Shown piece after piece: positions 18,442-28,291 of a DNA stretch of 49,470 nucleotides. This DNA is from an uncultured Eubacteriales bacterium (GTDB lineage Bacteria > Bacillota > Clostridia > Christensenellales > CAG-138). The notes below the pieces were generated by a model. That model saw only the letters and a program-made list of their open reading frames with translations. It did no database searches and was not told where the DNA came from. Position numbers and translations under genes: made by a program. Each line of letters opens with the position of its first letter. The first letter of the stretch is position 1. The stretch covers positions 1-49,470 of the forward strand of contig ONMC01000001.1 of assembly GCA_900318745.1 (NCBI GenBank), read 5' to 3'.

Positions 18442-18882
18442 TCAGTCGTTGTTGCCCATCAAAAACACCAGTGTCTGCGTCTCGAACGCAACGAAGAACA
18501 CGTCCTCGGTGAACCAGTACGCGCCGAATCCATGTTCGCTGCCCGAGAGATCGCCGCACAGCGCGGATTCGTCCGCCGCGCGCAGCACGCGCTTCGCTTT
18601 GCCGAGTTCGTATTCAAACAGCTCCGTTACATGCATAACAACCGGGTCGCCTTCGCCGAGCCACTGCGAGAGCGCTTGAGAGAAGGTCTCTCCCGTTTCC
18701 CGGAGAACGACCTCTTTGCGGATGCGATATGATTTCAGAAAAGCGCGCGGAAACGCGTCCGCCGCGTACACATCCACGCTGATATCGGACCGTCCCGCCT
18801 GTTTTGCGCACCGCGCCGCAAGCGCGACGACGCCGTTCAGATACCCGCGAAGCGACGCGTCCGTCCGTTTGCCGTGGGCCAC
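18442..18882 (-). CDS. Hypothetical protein
   Basis: ORF fills the gap between co-oriented genes with tight spacing; GTG start; no motif recognised. Confidence 0.7.
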   Translation of the reverse strand: MAHGKRTDASLRGYLNGVVALAARCAKQAGRSDISVDVYAADAFPRAFLKSYRIRKEVVLRETGETFSQALSQWLGEGDPVVMHVTELFEYELGKAKRVLRAADESALCGDLSGSEHGFGAYWFTEDVFFVAFETQTLVFLMGNND

Positions 18883-18885
18883 CGT

Positions 18886-19095
18886 TTACTCTTCCTTCCG
18901 GTCCGGTTCGATCACGACGTCCGCATGCGGCGCGTCCTTTTTCTCCTCGGAATCCGCCCATTCGGAGACCTTTTCCGCACCCTTTTTGACCGACTTCACG
19001 ATGCTGACGCCGAGGTCTTTACCGAGTTCGCCGAGGTCCTTGCCGAGCTCGCCGAAGCCCTTGCCGACCTTTTTCCAGTTGTCTTTCAGTTCCAT
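18886..19095 (-). CDS. Small hypothetical protein with GELGKDL heptad repeats
   Basis: AAGGAG RBS; TGnTATACT promoter at ~19122-19130. Confidence 0.8.
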   Translation of the reverse strand: MELKDNWKKVGKGFGELGKDLGELGKDLGVSIVKSVKKGAEKVSEWADSEEKKDAPHADVVIEPDRKEE

Positions 19096-19181
19096 ATGCG
19101 AATCTCCTTTTCTTTTTGTTCAGTATATCATATTTTGGGCGAAACACAAGAAAAACATGCGGAACATGCCGGACGGATGCG

Positions 19182-19222
19182 GCGTTTGCATACTTGCAAA
19201 CGCATGCGGCATATGATACACT
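19182..19222 (+). promoter_or_regulatory. Promoter with a perfect 9-4-9 inverted repeat over the -35
   Basis: GCGTTTGCA-tact-TGCAAACGC (19182-19203); TTGCAA-17 nt-TACACT with extended TG. Confidence 0.6.
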
Positions 19223-19277
19223 ACATCAAATGATCGAACCGCCGCGAAAGGCGATCGGATTTCGGAAAGGAGCGCGC

Positions 19278-20237
19278 ATGAAACGGATCGTTCTGTGGAT
19301 CGGCGTCGGCGTGACCGCCGCGGCGGTCGCGGTGCTTGTCACGCTGCTTTTGACCACCTGTCTGTTCAACAATCACACCTTTGCGCCTGCGACCTGCACC
19401 GAGCCCGAAACCTGCTCGCGCTGCGGCGAAACGCGCGGCGATCCGCTCGGACACGACTATGTCCCCGCGACCTGCACCGAGCCCGAAACCTGCTCGCGCT
19501 GCGGTAAAACGCGCGGCGACCCGCTGGGACACGACTATCTTCCCGCGACCTGCACCGAGCCCGAGGTCTGCGCACGCTGCGGCGATCGAGTCGGCGAACC
19601 GCTCGGGCATTTGTTTTCGGAAGCGACGTATCAGAACGGCGCGACCTGCATGCGCTGCGGATTTGTCGAAGGCGAACCAGTCGCCGCGGACTGCGAGGGG
19701 CTTGCCCTCACCTATATGGAGGTCGGCAAACCGTATCCGTATACGACCGCATCCTATGAGGACTACGACGTCGACGTGACCGGAACGGTCGAGATCCTCG
19801 ACCACAAGGTGATCGCGGGCGACGAAACCTTCCCGGCGCGGGAGGGATATGAGTGGCACGTCGTGACCGTGCAGCTGGTCTTTTCCGGAGAGGACGCGCA
19901 GAAGAACGGCATGCAGAGCGCGATGACTTACGGCGATTACTACAAGACCGACGCCGAGATCGGCACAGGCACCGATGAAAACGGTCTGCGTCCGTTCGTC
20001 GCCGAATACTACGGCATGCGCGTGCAGTGCTGGCAAAAGACCTGCCCCGACGAAGAGGGCGGCTGGTTCGGACAGGAGCTGCGCTATACGTGGAAGGAGG
20101 GCGTTCTGGTGCCGTGCGGCTACGACGGCGCGATGCTGATCTTCTATCACTTCGGTCTCGCGCGCGACGCCGACCGTCTGTTCCTGCCGGCAGGCAAGGT
20201 GCTGAACGGGGATGCGCTCGTCTTTCGCATGAGATGA
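19278..20237 (+). CDS. Membrane-anchored/secreted protein with four 26-aa Cys/His-rich repeats
   Basis: AAGGAG RBS; N-terminal hydrophobic helix; H..PATCTEPETCSRCG..G.PLG repeats. Confidence 0.85.
   Translation: MKRIVLWIGVGVTAAAVAVLVTLLLTTCLFNNHTFAPATCTEPETCSRCGETRGDPLGHDYVPATCTEPETCSRCGKTRGDPLGHDYLPATCTEPEVCARCGDRVGEPLGHLFSEATYQNGATCMRCGFVEGEPVAADCEGLALTYMEVGKPYPYTTASYEDYDVDVTGTVEILDHKVIAGDETFPAREGYEWHVVTVQLVFSGEDAQKNGMQSAMTYGDYYKTDAEIGTGTDENGLRPFVAEYYGMRVQCWQKTCPDEEGGWFGQELRYTWKEGVLVPCGYDGAMLIFYHFGLARDADRLFLPAGKVLNGDALVFRMR
19374..19685 (+). repeat. Intragenic tandem repeat, 4 x 78 bp
   Basis: Units start at 19374, 19452, 19530 and 19608; the first three are close at DNA level, the fourth is degenerate. 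Confidence 0.9.
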
Positions 20238-20241
20238 TCGG

Positions 20242-20293
20242 AAAAAAAGAAGAACCGTTCGGAAAGCGCTGTCTTTCCGGACGGTTCTTTTTT
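20242..20293. terminator. Bidirectional terminator
   Basis: A-tract, AGAACCGTTCGGAAAG/CTTTCCGGACGGTTCT stem, T-tract. Confidence 0.85.
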
Positions 20294-20303
20294 GTGCCTT
20301 TTC

Positions 20304-21371
20304 TCAGTCGGACACGGCGGGATCGATGATATAGATGATGTCGCTCGTGGAACGGCCGCCGTCGTACGGCACGTTGCAGATCGTTTCGTTCCAGTAAAGC
20401 TGCGTCGTCTGTCCGCCGTCGAGATTAAACGCGACCGCGCAGCCGAGCGACTCCATCAGCTGCGCCTCCTGCACGAGCGTCAGCCCGTTTGAATAGCCGC
20501 TCTTGCGTCCGTCGATGACGACGAAGCAGTAATGTCCCGGCTCGTAATAGCCGAACACCGTGCGCGGATTGGCGCGGTCGATGTCCCGATACGCCTTGTG
20601 GAACGATGTGCGCGCGGCGCCGGATTCATCCAGCAGGCTCGGACCGAACTCCCACGCCTGCCAGACGTTCGAAAGGTCCGTCGCATCCGGATCGAACGTG
20701 TCGGATTCGAACAGCGCCACCGTGCCGTCGCGGTACAGGAACAGGATCTGATGCCCCTTCCACGGCTTCCACGGGTCGGGCGCATAGCGCTCGCCGTTGC
20801 GGATGACGAGTCCCGTATGCGGATGATAGGAATAATAGTCGCCGTTGATCGCGAGCAGCGCATTCGCATCGCCCGCCATGCGTTTGACCGGCGCCCACAG
20901 CTTTTCTCCGCGGATGCCGAAATTGCCGTCCCAGCTTGCCGTGCGCAGCGCGTCAATGTCCTGCATATGGATATCGCACACGAAATAAACGAGGTGACGC
21001 GTCAGCGGCGAGCTGTCGTATCGCGTGATTTCGATCGAAAGCCGTTCGCTCTTGTAGCTCAGCTCCGTCTTCTGCGGTTCGCCGTCGATAAACCCGTCGT
21101 ACCGTCCGCCCAGCAGTCCGTCGGGCGTCGGTTCGGGCGTTGCGGTCGGTTCCGGCGTCGGCGTCTCCGTCGGCGCGGGCGTGTCGGTCGGGACCGGCGT
21201 CGGTTCGGGCGTCGACGGAACGGTCAGTTCGACGGTGCTCTCCTCGACGGTCACGGTGTCCGCCGGGATCTCCGTCGGGACCGGCGTGCTTTGCGGCGCG
21301 TCAACGCCCCTGCACGCAAGCGCGGGCAGGAGCAGTACCGTCAGTATGAAAATCGCAAGCCGTTGTTTCAT
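20304..21371 (-). CDS. Phosphodiester glycosidase family (NAGPA/DUF2233) lipoprotein
   Basis: LAINGDYY, FGPSLL, NPRT, VIDGR, AFNLDGG; lipobox-like ALAC and PT linker. Confidence 0.85.
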   Translation of the reverse strand: MKQRLAIFILTVLLLPALACRGVDAPQSTPVPTEIPADTVTVEESTVELTVPSTPEPTPVPTDTPAPTETPTPEPTATPEPTPDGLLGGRYDGFIDGEPQKTELSYKSERLSIEITRYDSSPLTRHLVYFVCDIHMQDIDALRTASWDGNFGIRGEKLWAPVKRMAGDANALLAINGDYYSYHPHTGLVIRNGERYAPDPWKPWKGHQILFLYRDGTVALFESDTFDPDATDLSNVWQAWEFGPSLLDESGAARTSFHKAYRDIDRANPRTVFGYYEPGHYCFVVIDGRKSGYSNGLTLVQEAQLMESLGCAVAFNLDGGQTTQLYWNETICNVPYDGGRSTSDIIYIIDPAVSD

Positions 21372-21374
21372 AGG

Positions 21375-23402
21375 TTATTTGTGCGTCTTTTCGCGGGCAC
21401 GCTTGTGCGCGCCGATCTGACCGGGACGAAGATCGGTCTTCTTCTGTGTCTTTTCGCCCTTCAGGGCAAGGATCTGATCGCGCAGCTTCGCCGCCGTCTC
21501 AAATTCGAGCGAGCGCGCGGCGTCCTGCATCTGCTCGGTGAGGATCGCGATGCGCTCCTTCTTCTGCCATTCGGTTAAGCTTTCGGGTTTTTCTTCCTCA
21601 TGCCGCGAGATCAGCAGCGTGTCGTAAATCTTCTTTTGGATCGTCTTCGGCGTGATGTTGTGCGCCTTGTTGAACGCCGTCTGCTTCGCTCTGCGGCGCG
21701 CCGTTTCGTCCATCGCGCGGCGCATGGAGGGCGTGATCGAATCGGCATAGAGAATGACGCGTCCCTCGGCGTTTCGCGCGGCGCGGCCGATCGTCTGGAT
21801 CAGACTCGTTTCCGAGCGCAGAAAGCCCTCTTTATCCGCGTCGAGGATCGCAACAAGACCCACCTCCGGCAGGTCGAGACCTTCTCTTAACAGGTTGATG
21901 CCCACGAGCGCGTCGAATTCACCGAGCCGGAGATCTCGGATGATCTCCATGCGGTCCAGCGTGTCGATGTCGCTGTGCATGTAGCGCACGCGAACGCCCA
22001 TGCGGTCGAGGTATTCGGTGAGGTCCTCCGCCATGCGCTTGGTGAGCGTGGTGATGAGCGTGCGAAAGCCCTTTTGCGCCTGTATGCGCACCTCGCCCAG
22101 AAGGTCGTCGATCTGTCCCTTGACCGGACGGACCGAAACCTCGGGGTCGATGAGACCCGTCGGACGGATGATCTGTTCGGCAACGACCGCCGCGCGCGAA
22201 AGCTCGAAGCTCGCCGGGGTCGCCGAAACGCAGACGATCTGCGGCACGCGGTCCATGAACTCCTCGAACTTCAGCGGACGGTTGTCCCTTGCGCTCGGCA
22301 GACGGAAGCCGTATTCGACCAGCGCGTCCTTTCTGGCGCGGTCGCCGCGGAACATCCCGCCGACCTGCGGCAGCGTGACGTGGCTTTCGTCGATGAACAT
22401 CAGAAAGTCCTTCGGGAAATAGTCGATCAGCGTATAGGGCGGCTCGCCCGGCTTTCTGCCGTCGAAATAGCGCGAATAGTTTTCGATGCCGCTGCAGAAC
22501 CCGATCTCCTGCATCATCTCGATGTCGTGCAGCACGCGCGAACGGATTCTCTCCGCCTCCAGCGGACGGTTGGTGTCGAGGAACATCTTTTCCTGCACCT
22601 CCATATCCGCCTCGATCTCCCGGAGCGCCTTCTGCATCTTTTCATGTCCGGTCGCGTAGTGCGAAGCCGGAAAGATCGCGACGTGGCTTCGTCTTGTCAG
22701 CACCTCGCCGGTCAGCACGTTGATTTCGGAGATCCGCTCCACCTCGTCGCCGAAAAAGCCGATGCGCAGCGCCTTGTCCGTCCAGTTGACCGGATAGATG
22801 TCGAGCGTGTCGCCGTGCGAGCGGAACGTGCCGCGCTGGAAATCCATGTCGTTGCGCTGATACTGGATCTCGATGAGCCGCTGCATGACCTCTCTGCGGT
22901 CGACTTCCATGCCTTCCCGGAGCGAAACCGAAAGCTTCAGATATTCCTCCGGATCGCCCAGTCCGTAGATGCACGAAACCGACGCGACGATGATGACGTC
23001 GTTTCGCTCGTTCAGCGCGCAGGTCGCGGAGTGGCGGAGCTTGTCGATCTCGTCGTTGACTTCGATCGTCTTTTCGATGTAGGTGTCGCTTGCCGGCAGA
23101 TATGCCTCCGGCTGATAATAATCGTAGTACGAAACAAAAAACTCGACCGCGGAGTCGGGAAACAGCTCCTTGAATTCGGAGCAGAGCTGCGCGGCGAGCG
23201 TTTTGTTATGCGCAAGGACGAGCGTGGGCTTCTGCACGCGCTCGATCACTTTTGCCATCGTATAGGTTTTTCCGCTTCCCGTTACGCCCAGCAGCACCGA
23301 CATCGGATTGCCGGCTTTGATGCTGTTCGCCAGATCTTCGATCGCCTGCGGCTGATCGCCCTGCGGTTCGTACGGGGAAACGACCCGAAAGGTTCCCATC
23401 AA
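21375..23402 (-). CDS. uvrB: Excinuclease ABC subunit B
   Basis: [26 protein letters not shown] beta-hairpin, [13 protein letters not shown]-terminal UVR domain. Confidence 0.98.
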   Translation of the reverse strand: MMGTFRVVSPYEPQGDQPQAIEDLANSIKAGNPMSVLLGVTGSGKTYTMAKVIERVQKPTLVLAHNKTLAAQLCSEFKELFPDSAVEFFVSYYDYYQPEAYLPASDTYIEKTIEVNDEIDKLRHSATCALNERNDVIIVASVSCIYGLGDPEEYLKLSVSLREGMEVDRREVMQRLIEIQYQRNDMDFQRGTFRSHGDTLDIYPVNWTDKALRIGFFGDEVERISEINVLTGEVLTRRSHVAIFPASHYATGHEKMQKALREIEADMEVQEKMFLDTNRPLEAERIRSRVLHDIEMMQEIGFCSGIENYSRYFDGRKPGEPPYTLIDYFPKDFLMFIDESHVTLPQVGGMFRGDRARKDALVEYGFRLPSARDNRPLKFEEFMDRVPQIVCVSATPASFELSRAAVVAEQIIRPTGLIDPEVSVRPVKGQIDDLLGEVRIQAQKGFRTLITTLTKRMAEDLTEYLDRMGVRVRYMHSDIDTLDRMEIIRDLRLGEFDALVGINLLREGLDLPEVGLVAILDADKEGFLRSETSLIQTIGRAARNAEGRVILYADSITPSMRRAMDETARRRAKQTAFNKAHNITPKTIQKKIYDTLLISRHEEEKPESLTEWQKKERIAILTEQMQDAARSLEFETAAKLRDQILALKGEKTQKKTDLRPGQIGAHKRAREKTHK

Positions 23403-23683
23403 TACTCGAAATCGACCGTCTTGGATTCGACGCAGTGCGCATGGATGTACACGCGCGCCGCGTTATGATCCGGATGCTGATCGTAGATCTTCAGGTCCTC
23501 TTTCGTTCTGCAGTCGACCAGCAGCGCCATGTCGAAGCTGCGCGGCGAGTGCATGAAGTCCGCCCCGATCTGCATATGCACGATCTCGGGGATCTTGTCG
23601 ACGAGCGCATACAGCGACTCGCGGACGACGGGGATGTTTTCTTCCGGGTTCTCAAACTTGAACAGAACGATGTGCTTGATCAT
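23399..23683 (-). CDS. Dabb family (stress-responsive A/B barrel) protein
   Basis: [18 protein letters not shown]. Confidence 0.88.
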   Translation of the reverse strand: MIKHIVLFKFENPEENIPVVRESLYALVDKIPEIVHMQIGADFMHSPRSFDMALLVDCRTKEDLKIYDQHPDHNAARVYIHAHCVESKTVDFEY

Positions 23684-23696
23684 TTTTCTTTCTCCT

Positions 23697-24407
23697 TTAT
23701 TCCTCCGCAACGGCAAGCGCCACGCGGATCATTTGATCGAATGCGGTCTGACGCTGTTCGGGCGTGGTCTCTTCGTGCGTGCCGATGATGTCGCTGATCG
23801 TGTCGATCGCGAGCGCCTTTTTGCCGAAGCGCGCCGCCGTCATATAGAGCGCCGCCGCTTCCATTTCCGCGCCGAGCACGCCCATCTTTCGCCACTGCTT
23901 CCACGCCTCCGGATCGTCATCGTAGAACACGTCGGAACTCATGATGTTGCCGACCATGTACCGCGCGCCCATCGCCTCGCACGTATCGACCGCCTTTCTT
24001 AAGAGACCGAAGTCCGCGATCGGCGCGAACGTGCCGGGCAGATTGAACTGCGCGGCGAAGTTCGAATTCGTGCAGGCGCCCTGCCCGATGATGATGTCAA
24101 AGAGCTTGAGATCGGGATGATACGCGCCTGCCGAACCGACGCGGATGATGCTTTCCACGCCGTAGAAATTGAACAGCTCGTAGCAGTAAATGCCGATCGA
24201 CGGGTTGCCCATGCCGCTCGCCATGACGGATACGCGCTTGCCCTCATAGGTGCCCGTATAGCCGTAAACGTTGCGGATGCTCGTAACAAGCTTCGGATCA
24301 TCGAGGTACGTTTCCGCAATGAACTTTGCGCGCAAAGGATCGCCGGGCATCAGCACGGTCTTTGCAAAATCGCCTTTCTGTGCGTCGTTGTGAGGAGTCA
24401 ATGCCAT
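23697..24407 (-). CDS. deoD: Purine nucleoside phosphorylase (hexameric)
   Basis: TPH, LMPGDPLRAK, GMG.PS, RVGSAG, EMEAA, TISD. Confidence 0.96.
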   Translation of the reverse strand: MALTPHNDAQKGDFAKTVLMPGDPLRAKFIAETYLDDPKLVTSIRNVYGYTGTYEGKRVSVMASGMGNPSIGIYCYELFNFYGVESIIRVGSAGAYHPDLKLFDIIIGQGACTNSNFAAQFNLPGTFAPIADFGLLRKAVDTCEAMGARYMVGNIMSSDVFYDDDPEAWKQWRKMGVLGAEMEAAALYMTAARFGKKALAIDTISDIIGTHEETTPEQRQTAFDQMIRVALAVAEE

Positions 24408-24426
24408 ATGCGTTCTCCTTTCGGGA

Positions 24427-26130
24427 TTACAGTCCGAGCAGTTCGGACAGTGTGCGGTCCATATCGTTCATCAGCGCATTCAGCCGTGCTTCAACCGCTT
24501 CGTCGGCTGCGGCATGCGCGCCGATGTACAGCTTCAGCTTCGGCTCGGTGCCGGACGGACGCACGGTGATCCATGCGCCGTCGTCGAGCGTCATGCGAAG
24601 CACGTTCGAGCTCGGCAGTCCGGTCTCTTCCGGCTTTAAGAAATCCTCGCTCTTCACGACCGGCGTTGCGGCGATCGATGCGAGCGGCGCTTCTCTGAGC
24701 TTCACCATCGCGCCTTTGATCGCTTCGATGCCTTCCTTGCCCTCGAGCGTATAGGACTTGACCTTTTCGCGATAGAAGCCGTAGGTGTTGTAGATCTCCT
24801 CGAGCACGTCGTACAGCGTCATGCCCTTTTCGGCACAGACCACGCATGCCTCCGCGACGAGCATCGCCGCGCAGATCGCGTCCTTGTCGCGCGCAAAGCT
24901 GCCCGCGAGGAAGCCATAACTCTCTTCAAAGCCGAACAGGAAGGTGTGCGCATGCGTCTGTTCACATTCCGCGATTTGTTCCGCGATGAAGCGGAAGCCG
25001 GTGAGCACCTCGCGGATCTCGACGCCGAAGCGCGCGCAGATCGCATCGGCAAGGTGCGTGGACACGATCGAGCGCACCACGAGCCCGTCCTTCGGAAGCT
25101 TTCCGGTGTCGCGGTACGAACTGAGAAGCGAATGGATCAGGATCGCGCCGATCTGATTTCCGGTGAGGACCGCCCATGTGCCGTCGTTCTTTTTCACCGC
25201 GCAGCCCAGCCGGTCGCTGTCCGGATCGGTGCCGATGATGACCGTTGCGCCGACCTCCTCCGCATAGCGGAACGCCAGCGTGAACGCGTTCGGGTCCTCG
25301 GGGTTCGGCGCGCTGACCGTCGGGAAGTCGCCGTCCGGCGCTTCCTGCTCTTTGACCACGGTCACGTTCGTGACGCCGATGCGCTTCAGCACCTCGCGCA
25401 CGGGCACGTTGCCGCTTCCGTGCAGCGGCGTATAAACGAGTTTGAGCGCGCTGCCCTTTGCCTTGACGAGCTCCGGCTGCGTCAGCAGCGTCATCGTCTT
25501 TTGATAATAGATCTCGTCGACGTCACGGCCGATCAGCTTGATCGAGCCGTCCGCAAGCGCTTCGTCGTACGGACGGTAGGCGGTTTTGAAGCCCTCGACC
25601 GCGCGGATGTGCCGCGTGATCTCGTTTGCAAGGTCCGGCGCCGCCTGACCCGCGCTCGGTCCGTAGACCTTATAGCCGTTGTACTTCGGCGGATTGTGGC
25701 TTGCGGTGACCACGATGCCCGCGTCGCACTTGAGCTCGCGGATCGTGAACGAAAGCTGCGGCACCGAATGCAGCGTCGAATAGAGGAAAACCTGCACGCC
25801 GTGCGCGGCAAGCACGCACGCGCTCTCCCTTGCGAACAGATCCGAGCAGTGCCGCGAGTCGTACGCGATGCACACGCGCGCCTTTCCCTGCACGGTCTCG
25901 TCGAGATACCGCGCAAGCCCCTCGGTCGCCTTGCGGACGTTGTAAATGTTCATGCGGTTGTCTCCCGCGCCGAGGATGCCGCGAAGTCCCGCGGTGCCGA
26001 ATTCGAGTTCGGTATAGAAGCGCTCCTCGATCTCATGCGGGTCGTTTTCGATCGCGCGAAGTTCCGTCTTGGTCTGTTCGTCGATGTCGGGACTGTTCAG
26101 CCACAGTTCATAGCGTTCTTTTGCGTTCAT
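24427..26130 (-). CDS. Phosphoglucomutase/phosphomannomutase (alpha-D-phosphohexomutase)
   Basis: FGTAGLRG, TASHNP phosphoserine loop, DPDSDR metal loop, FEESYG, RPSGTEPKLK. Confidence 0.93.
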   Translation of the reverse strand: MNAKERYELWLNSPDIDEQTKTELRAIENDPHEIEERFYTELEFGTAGLRGILGAGDNRMNIYNVRKATEGLARYLDETVQGKARVCIAYDSRHCSDLFARESACVLAAHGVQVFLYSTLHSVPQLSFTIRELKCDAGIVVTASHNPPKYNGYKVYGPSAGQAAPDLANEITRHIRAVEGFKTAYRPYDEALADGSIKLIGRDVDEIYYQKTMTLLTQPELVKAKGSALKLVYTPLHGSGNVPVREVLKRIGVTNVTVVKEQEAPDGDFPTVSAPNPEDPNAFTLAFRYAEEVGATVIIGTDPDSDRLGCAVKKNDGTWAVLTGNQIGAILIHSLLSSYRDTGKLPKDGLVVRSIVSTHLADAICARFGVEIREVLTGFRFIAEQIAECEQTHAHTFLFGFEESYGFLAGSFARDKDAICAAMLVAEACVVCAEKGMTLYDVLEEIYNTYGFYREKVKSYTLEGKEGIEAIKGAMVKLREAPLASIAATPVVKSEDFLKPEETGLPSSNVLRMTLDDGAWITVRPSGTEPKLKLYIGAHAAADEAVEARLNALMNDMDRTLSELLGL

Positions 26131-27422
26131 CGTTCTTCCTCCGTGATCTCATTTAAATCGAATTGTTTGCAGCTTTCAAAGGTCTTGTTCAGGATCGTCA
26201 GTTTCCGATGCAGCAGCATCTGCCGCCGTTTTTTATACCGTTTGTTCGCCTCGCGGTCGCCGTACCTGTCGTCGCCGAGCACAGGCGTACCGAGTGCGGA
26301 AAGCTGTACGCGGATCTGATGCGTGCGCCCCGTAAAGAGCCGCACCTCGCACAGCGCGAGCCCGCCTCTGCGTTCGAGCACGCGGACCTCCGATTCCATG
26401 CGCAGCGCTTCCGGGTCGTCCTTTCTGCACAGATGCATCAGCGCGCCGTCGGCGTCCTTTCTCGCATAATGCACGTATCGCCCGTCCTTCGGCGCGCCGA
26501 CCGTCACCGCGTGATAGATCTTATCGGTTTCGTGCCGGTAGAACGCGTCCAAAAGCCGGTCGCGCATCTGTTCCGTGCGTGCAAACACAACAAGCCCTTC
26601 CGTGTTCGCGTCGAGCCGATGCACCGGATAGAGCGGATCAAACAGCGCGGACAGCTCGCCCAGAAGCGCGCCTTCGACCTCCGCGCCCGCGCGCTTGTCG
26701 ACGACGATCAGATCGTCGTCCGCGTATACGCCGCTGCACACGCGCTCGGCGGGCAGCATCGAAAGCGCCGCGCCGTATTCCTTCCACGGCGGCGTCGAGA
26801 AAAACGTCAGCGTTTCGCCGGTCGTCGGATGCTGCAGCGAAAGCTTGTATGCCCAAAGCCGGATCTGCGTGCCCGGTCTCGCATGCGGATGATAGCGCAT
26901 GTCGCCGACGATCGGAAGATCGCGCGAGGAAAGCTGCACGCGGATCTGATGCGGTCTGCCGGTCAGCAGCGACACGTCGAGCAGCGACGTGCCGTTATTC
27001 CGTGCAAGCATGCGATAGCGCAGGATCGCCTTCTTCGCGTCCGGCGTACCCTCCTTCACGACGCGCGTCGTGTTGGTCGATTCATCCTTATACAGCCAGT
27101 CGACGCACTCCGCCGAAGCGCGCGCCGTTCCGTCGACGATCGCGACGTAGCGCTTCTCGGCGCGGCGGTCCTTGAACTGCGACGTCAGACGCGCCGCCGC
27201 CTTCGACGTCCTTGCAAAGACCATGACGCCGCCGACCGGACGGTCGAGCCGGTGCACAAGCCCGAGATAGACCTCGCCCGGCTTATGATACGCTTCCTTG
27301 ATATACGCCTTTGCGATCGAAAGAAGATCCGCGTCGCCCGAAGCGTCCGCCTGCACGGGCACGTTTTCGGGTTTTTCGACGACCAGAAGGTGGTTGTCCT
27401 CGTATAAAACGTGCAGACTCAT
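26127..27422 (-). CDS. RluA-family pseudouridine synthase with two tandem catalytic domains
   Basis: HRLDRPVGG + TGRPHQIRVQL and HRLDANTEG + TGRTHQIRVQL in one frame; ATG 27422 overlaps the upstream stop (ATGA). Confidence 0.9.
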   Translation of the reverse strand: MSLHVLYEDNHLLVVEKPENVPVQADASGDADLLSIAKAYIKEAYHKPGEVYLGLVHRLDRPVGGVMVFARTSKAAARLTSQFKDRRAEKRYVAIVDGTARASAECVDWLYKDESTNTTRVVKEGTPDAKKAILRYRMLARNNGTSLLDVSLLTGRPHQIRVQLSSRDLPIVGDMRYHPHARPGTQIRLWAYKLSLQHPTTGETLTFFSTPPWKEYGAALSMLPAERVCSGVYADDDLIVVDKRAGAEVEGALLGELSALFDPLYPVHRLDANTEGLVVFARTEQMRDRLLDAFYRHETDKIYHAVTVGAPKDGRYVHYARKDADGALMHLCRKDDPEALRMESEVRVLERRGGLALCEVRLFTGRTHQIRVQLSALGTPVLGDDRYGDREANKRYKKRRQMLLHRKLTILNKTFESCKQFDLNEITEEER

Positions 27423-28279
27423 GCGGGCGTCCATCTTCCGCTCGCGCCGCACGGCAGCACCAGGTTTGCGCGGCGGATCGGCAGTCCGATCTCGTCCGCT
27501 TCGGTGTGACCGTCCAAAAGAGCAAGCTTCAACACGTTGGAAAGCACGGTCGGCGCAAGGCCGGTCGTGTAAGAATTGATCAGAAAGAAACAGGGATCGT
27601 CGGACAGAAGCTCCGCGCACAGCAGAACGAGCGGATACAGATCGTTTTCGATCTTCCACATCTCGCCCGTCGGACCTCTGCCGTAGCTCGGCGGGTCCAT
27701 CAGAATGCCGTCGTAACGGTTGCCGCGCCGGATCTCGCGCTTTACGAACTTCACGCAATCGTCGACCAGATACCGGATCGGCGCATCCGAAAGACCGGAC
27801 GCCGCGGCGTTGTCCTTCGCCCACGCGACCATGCCCTTCGCCGCGTCGACATGCGCGACCTCCGCGCCGGCCTTTGCGCAGGCGCAGGTCGCCCCGCCGG
27901 TGTAAGCGAACAGATTCAGCACCTTTGTGCGTCTGCCGGTGCGCGCGCTATGCGCTTCGATCTGCCTGCGCATCCAGTCCCAGTTGACCGCCTGTTCCGG
28001 AAACAGACCGGTATGCTTGAACCCGGTCGGCCGCACGACAAACGTCAGATCGCGATACGCGATCGTCCACTGCTCGGGCAGCTGCTTTTTGTACTCCCAG
28101 TGTCCGCCGCCCGATGCGCTGCGATGATAGACCGCATCTGCGCGGCGCTCGGCGCCGTCCATCGTCCAGACCGCCTGCGGGTCGGGACGCAGCAGCGTCA
28201 CATCGCCCCAGCGCTCCAGCTTGTCGCCGTTGCCTGCGTCTAAAATTTCATATGCCTTCCAGCCGGAAGCAAGATACAT
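27419..28279 (-). CDS. Class I SAM-dependent methyltransferase (RlmI/RlmK-like)
   Basis: FKHTGLFPEQ, VLNLFAYTGG, MDPPSYGRG. Confidence 0.88.
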   Translation of the reverse strand: MYLASGWKAYEILDAGNGDKLERWGDVTLLRPDPQAVWTMDGAERRADAVYHRSASGGGHWEYKKQLPEQWTIAYRDLTFVVRPTGFKHTGLFPEQAVNWDWMRRQIEAHSARTGRRTKVLNLFAYTGGATCACAKAGAEVAHVDAAKGMVAWAKDNAAASGLSDAPIRYLVDDCVKFVKREIRRGNRYDGILMDPPSYGRGPTGEMWKIENDLYPLVLLCAELLSDDPCFFLINSYTTGLAPTVLSNVLKLALLDGHTEADEIGLPIRRANLVLPCGASGRWTPA

Positions 28280-28291
28280 GGCGTTCCCCCG

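Noticed and set aside
19374-19685. CRISPR-like direct repeats
   Set aside because: Contiguous in-frame 78-bp coding repeats with no unique spacers.
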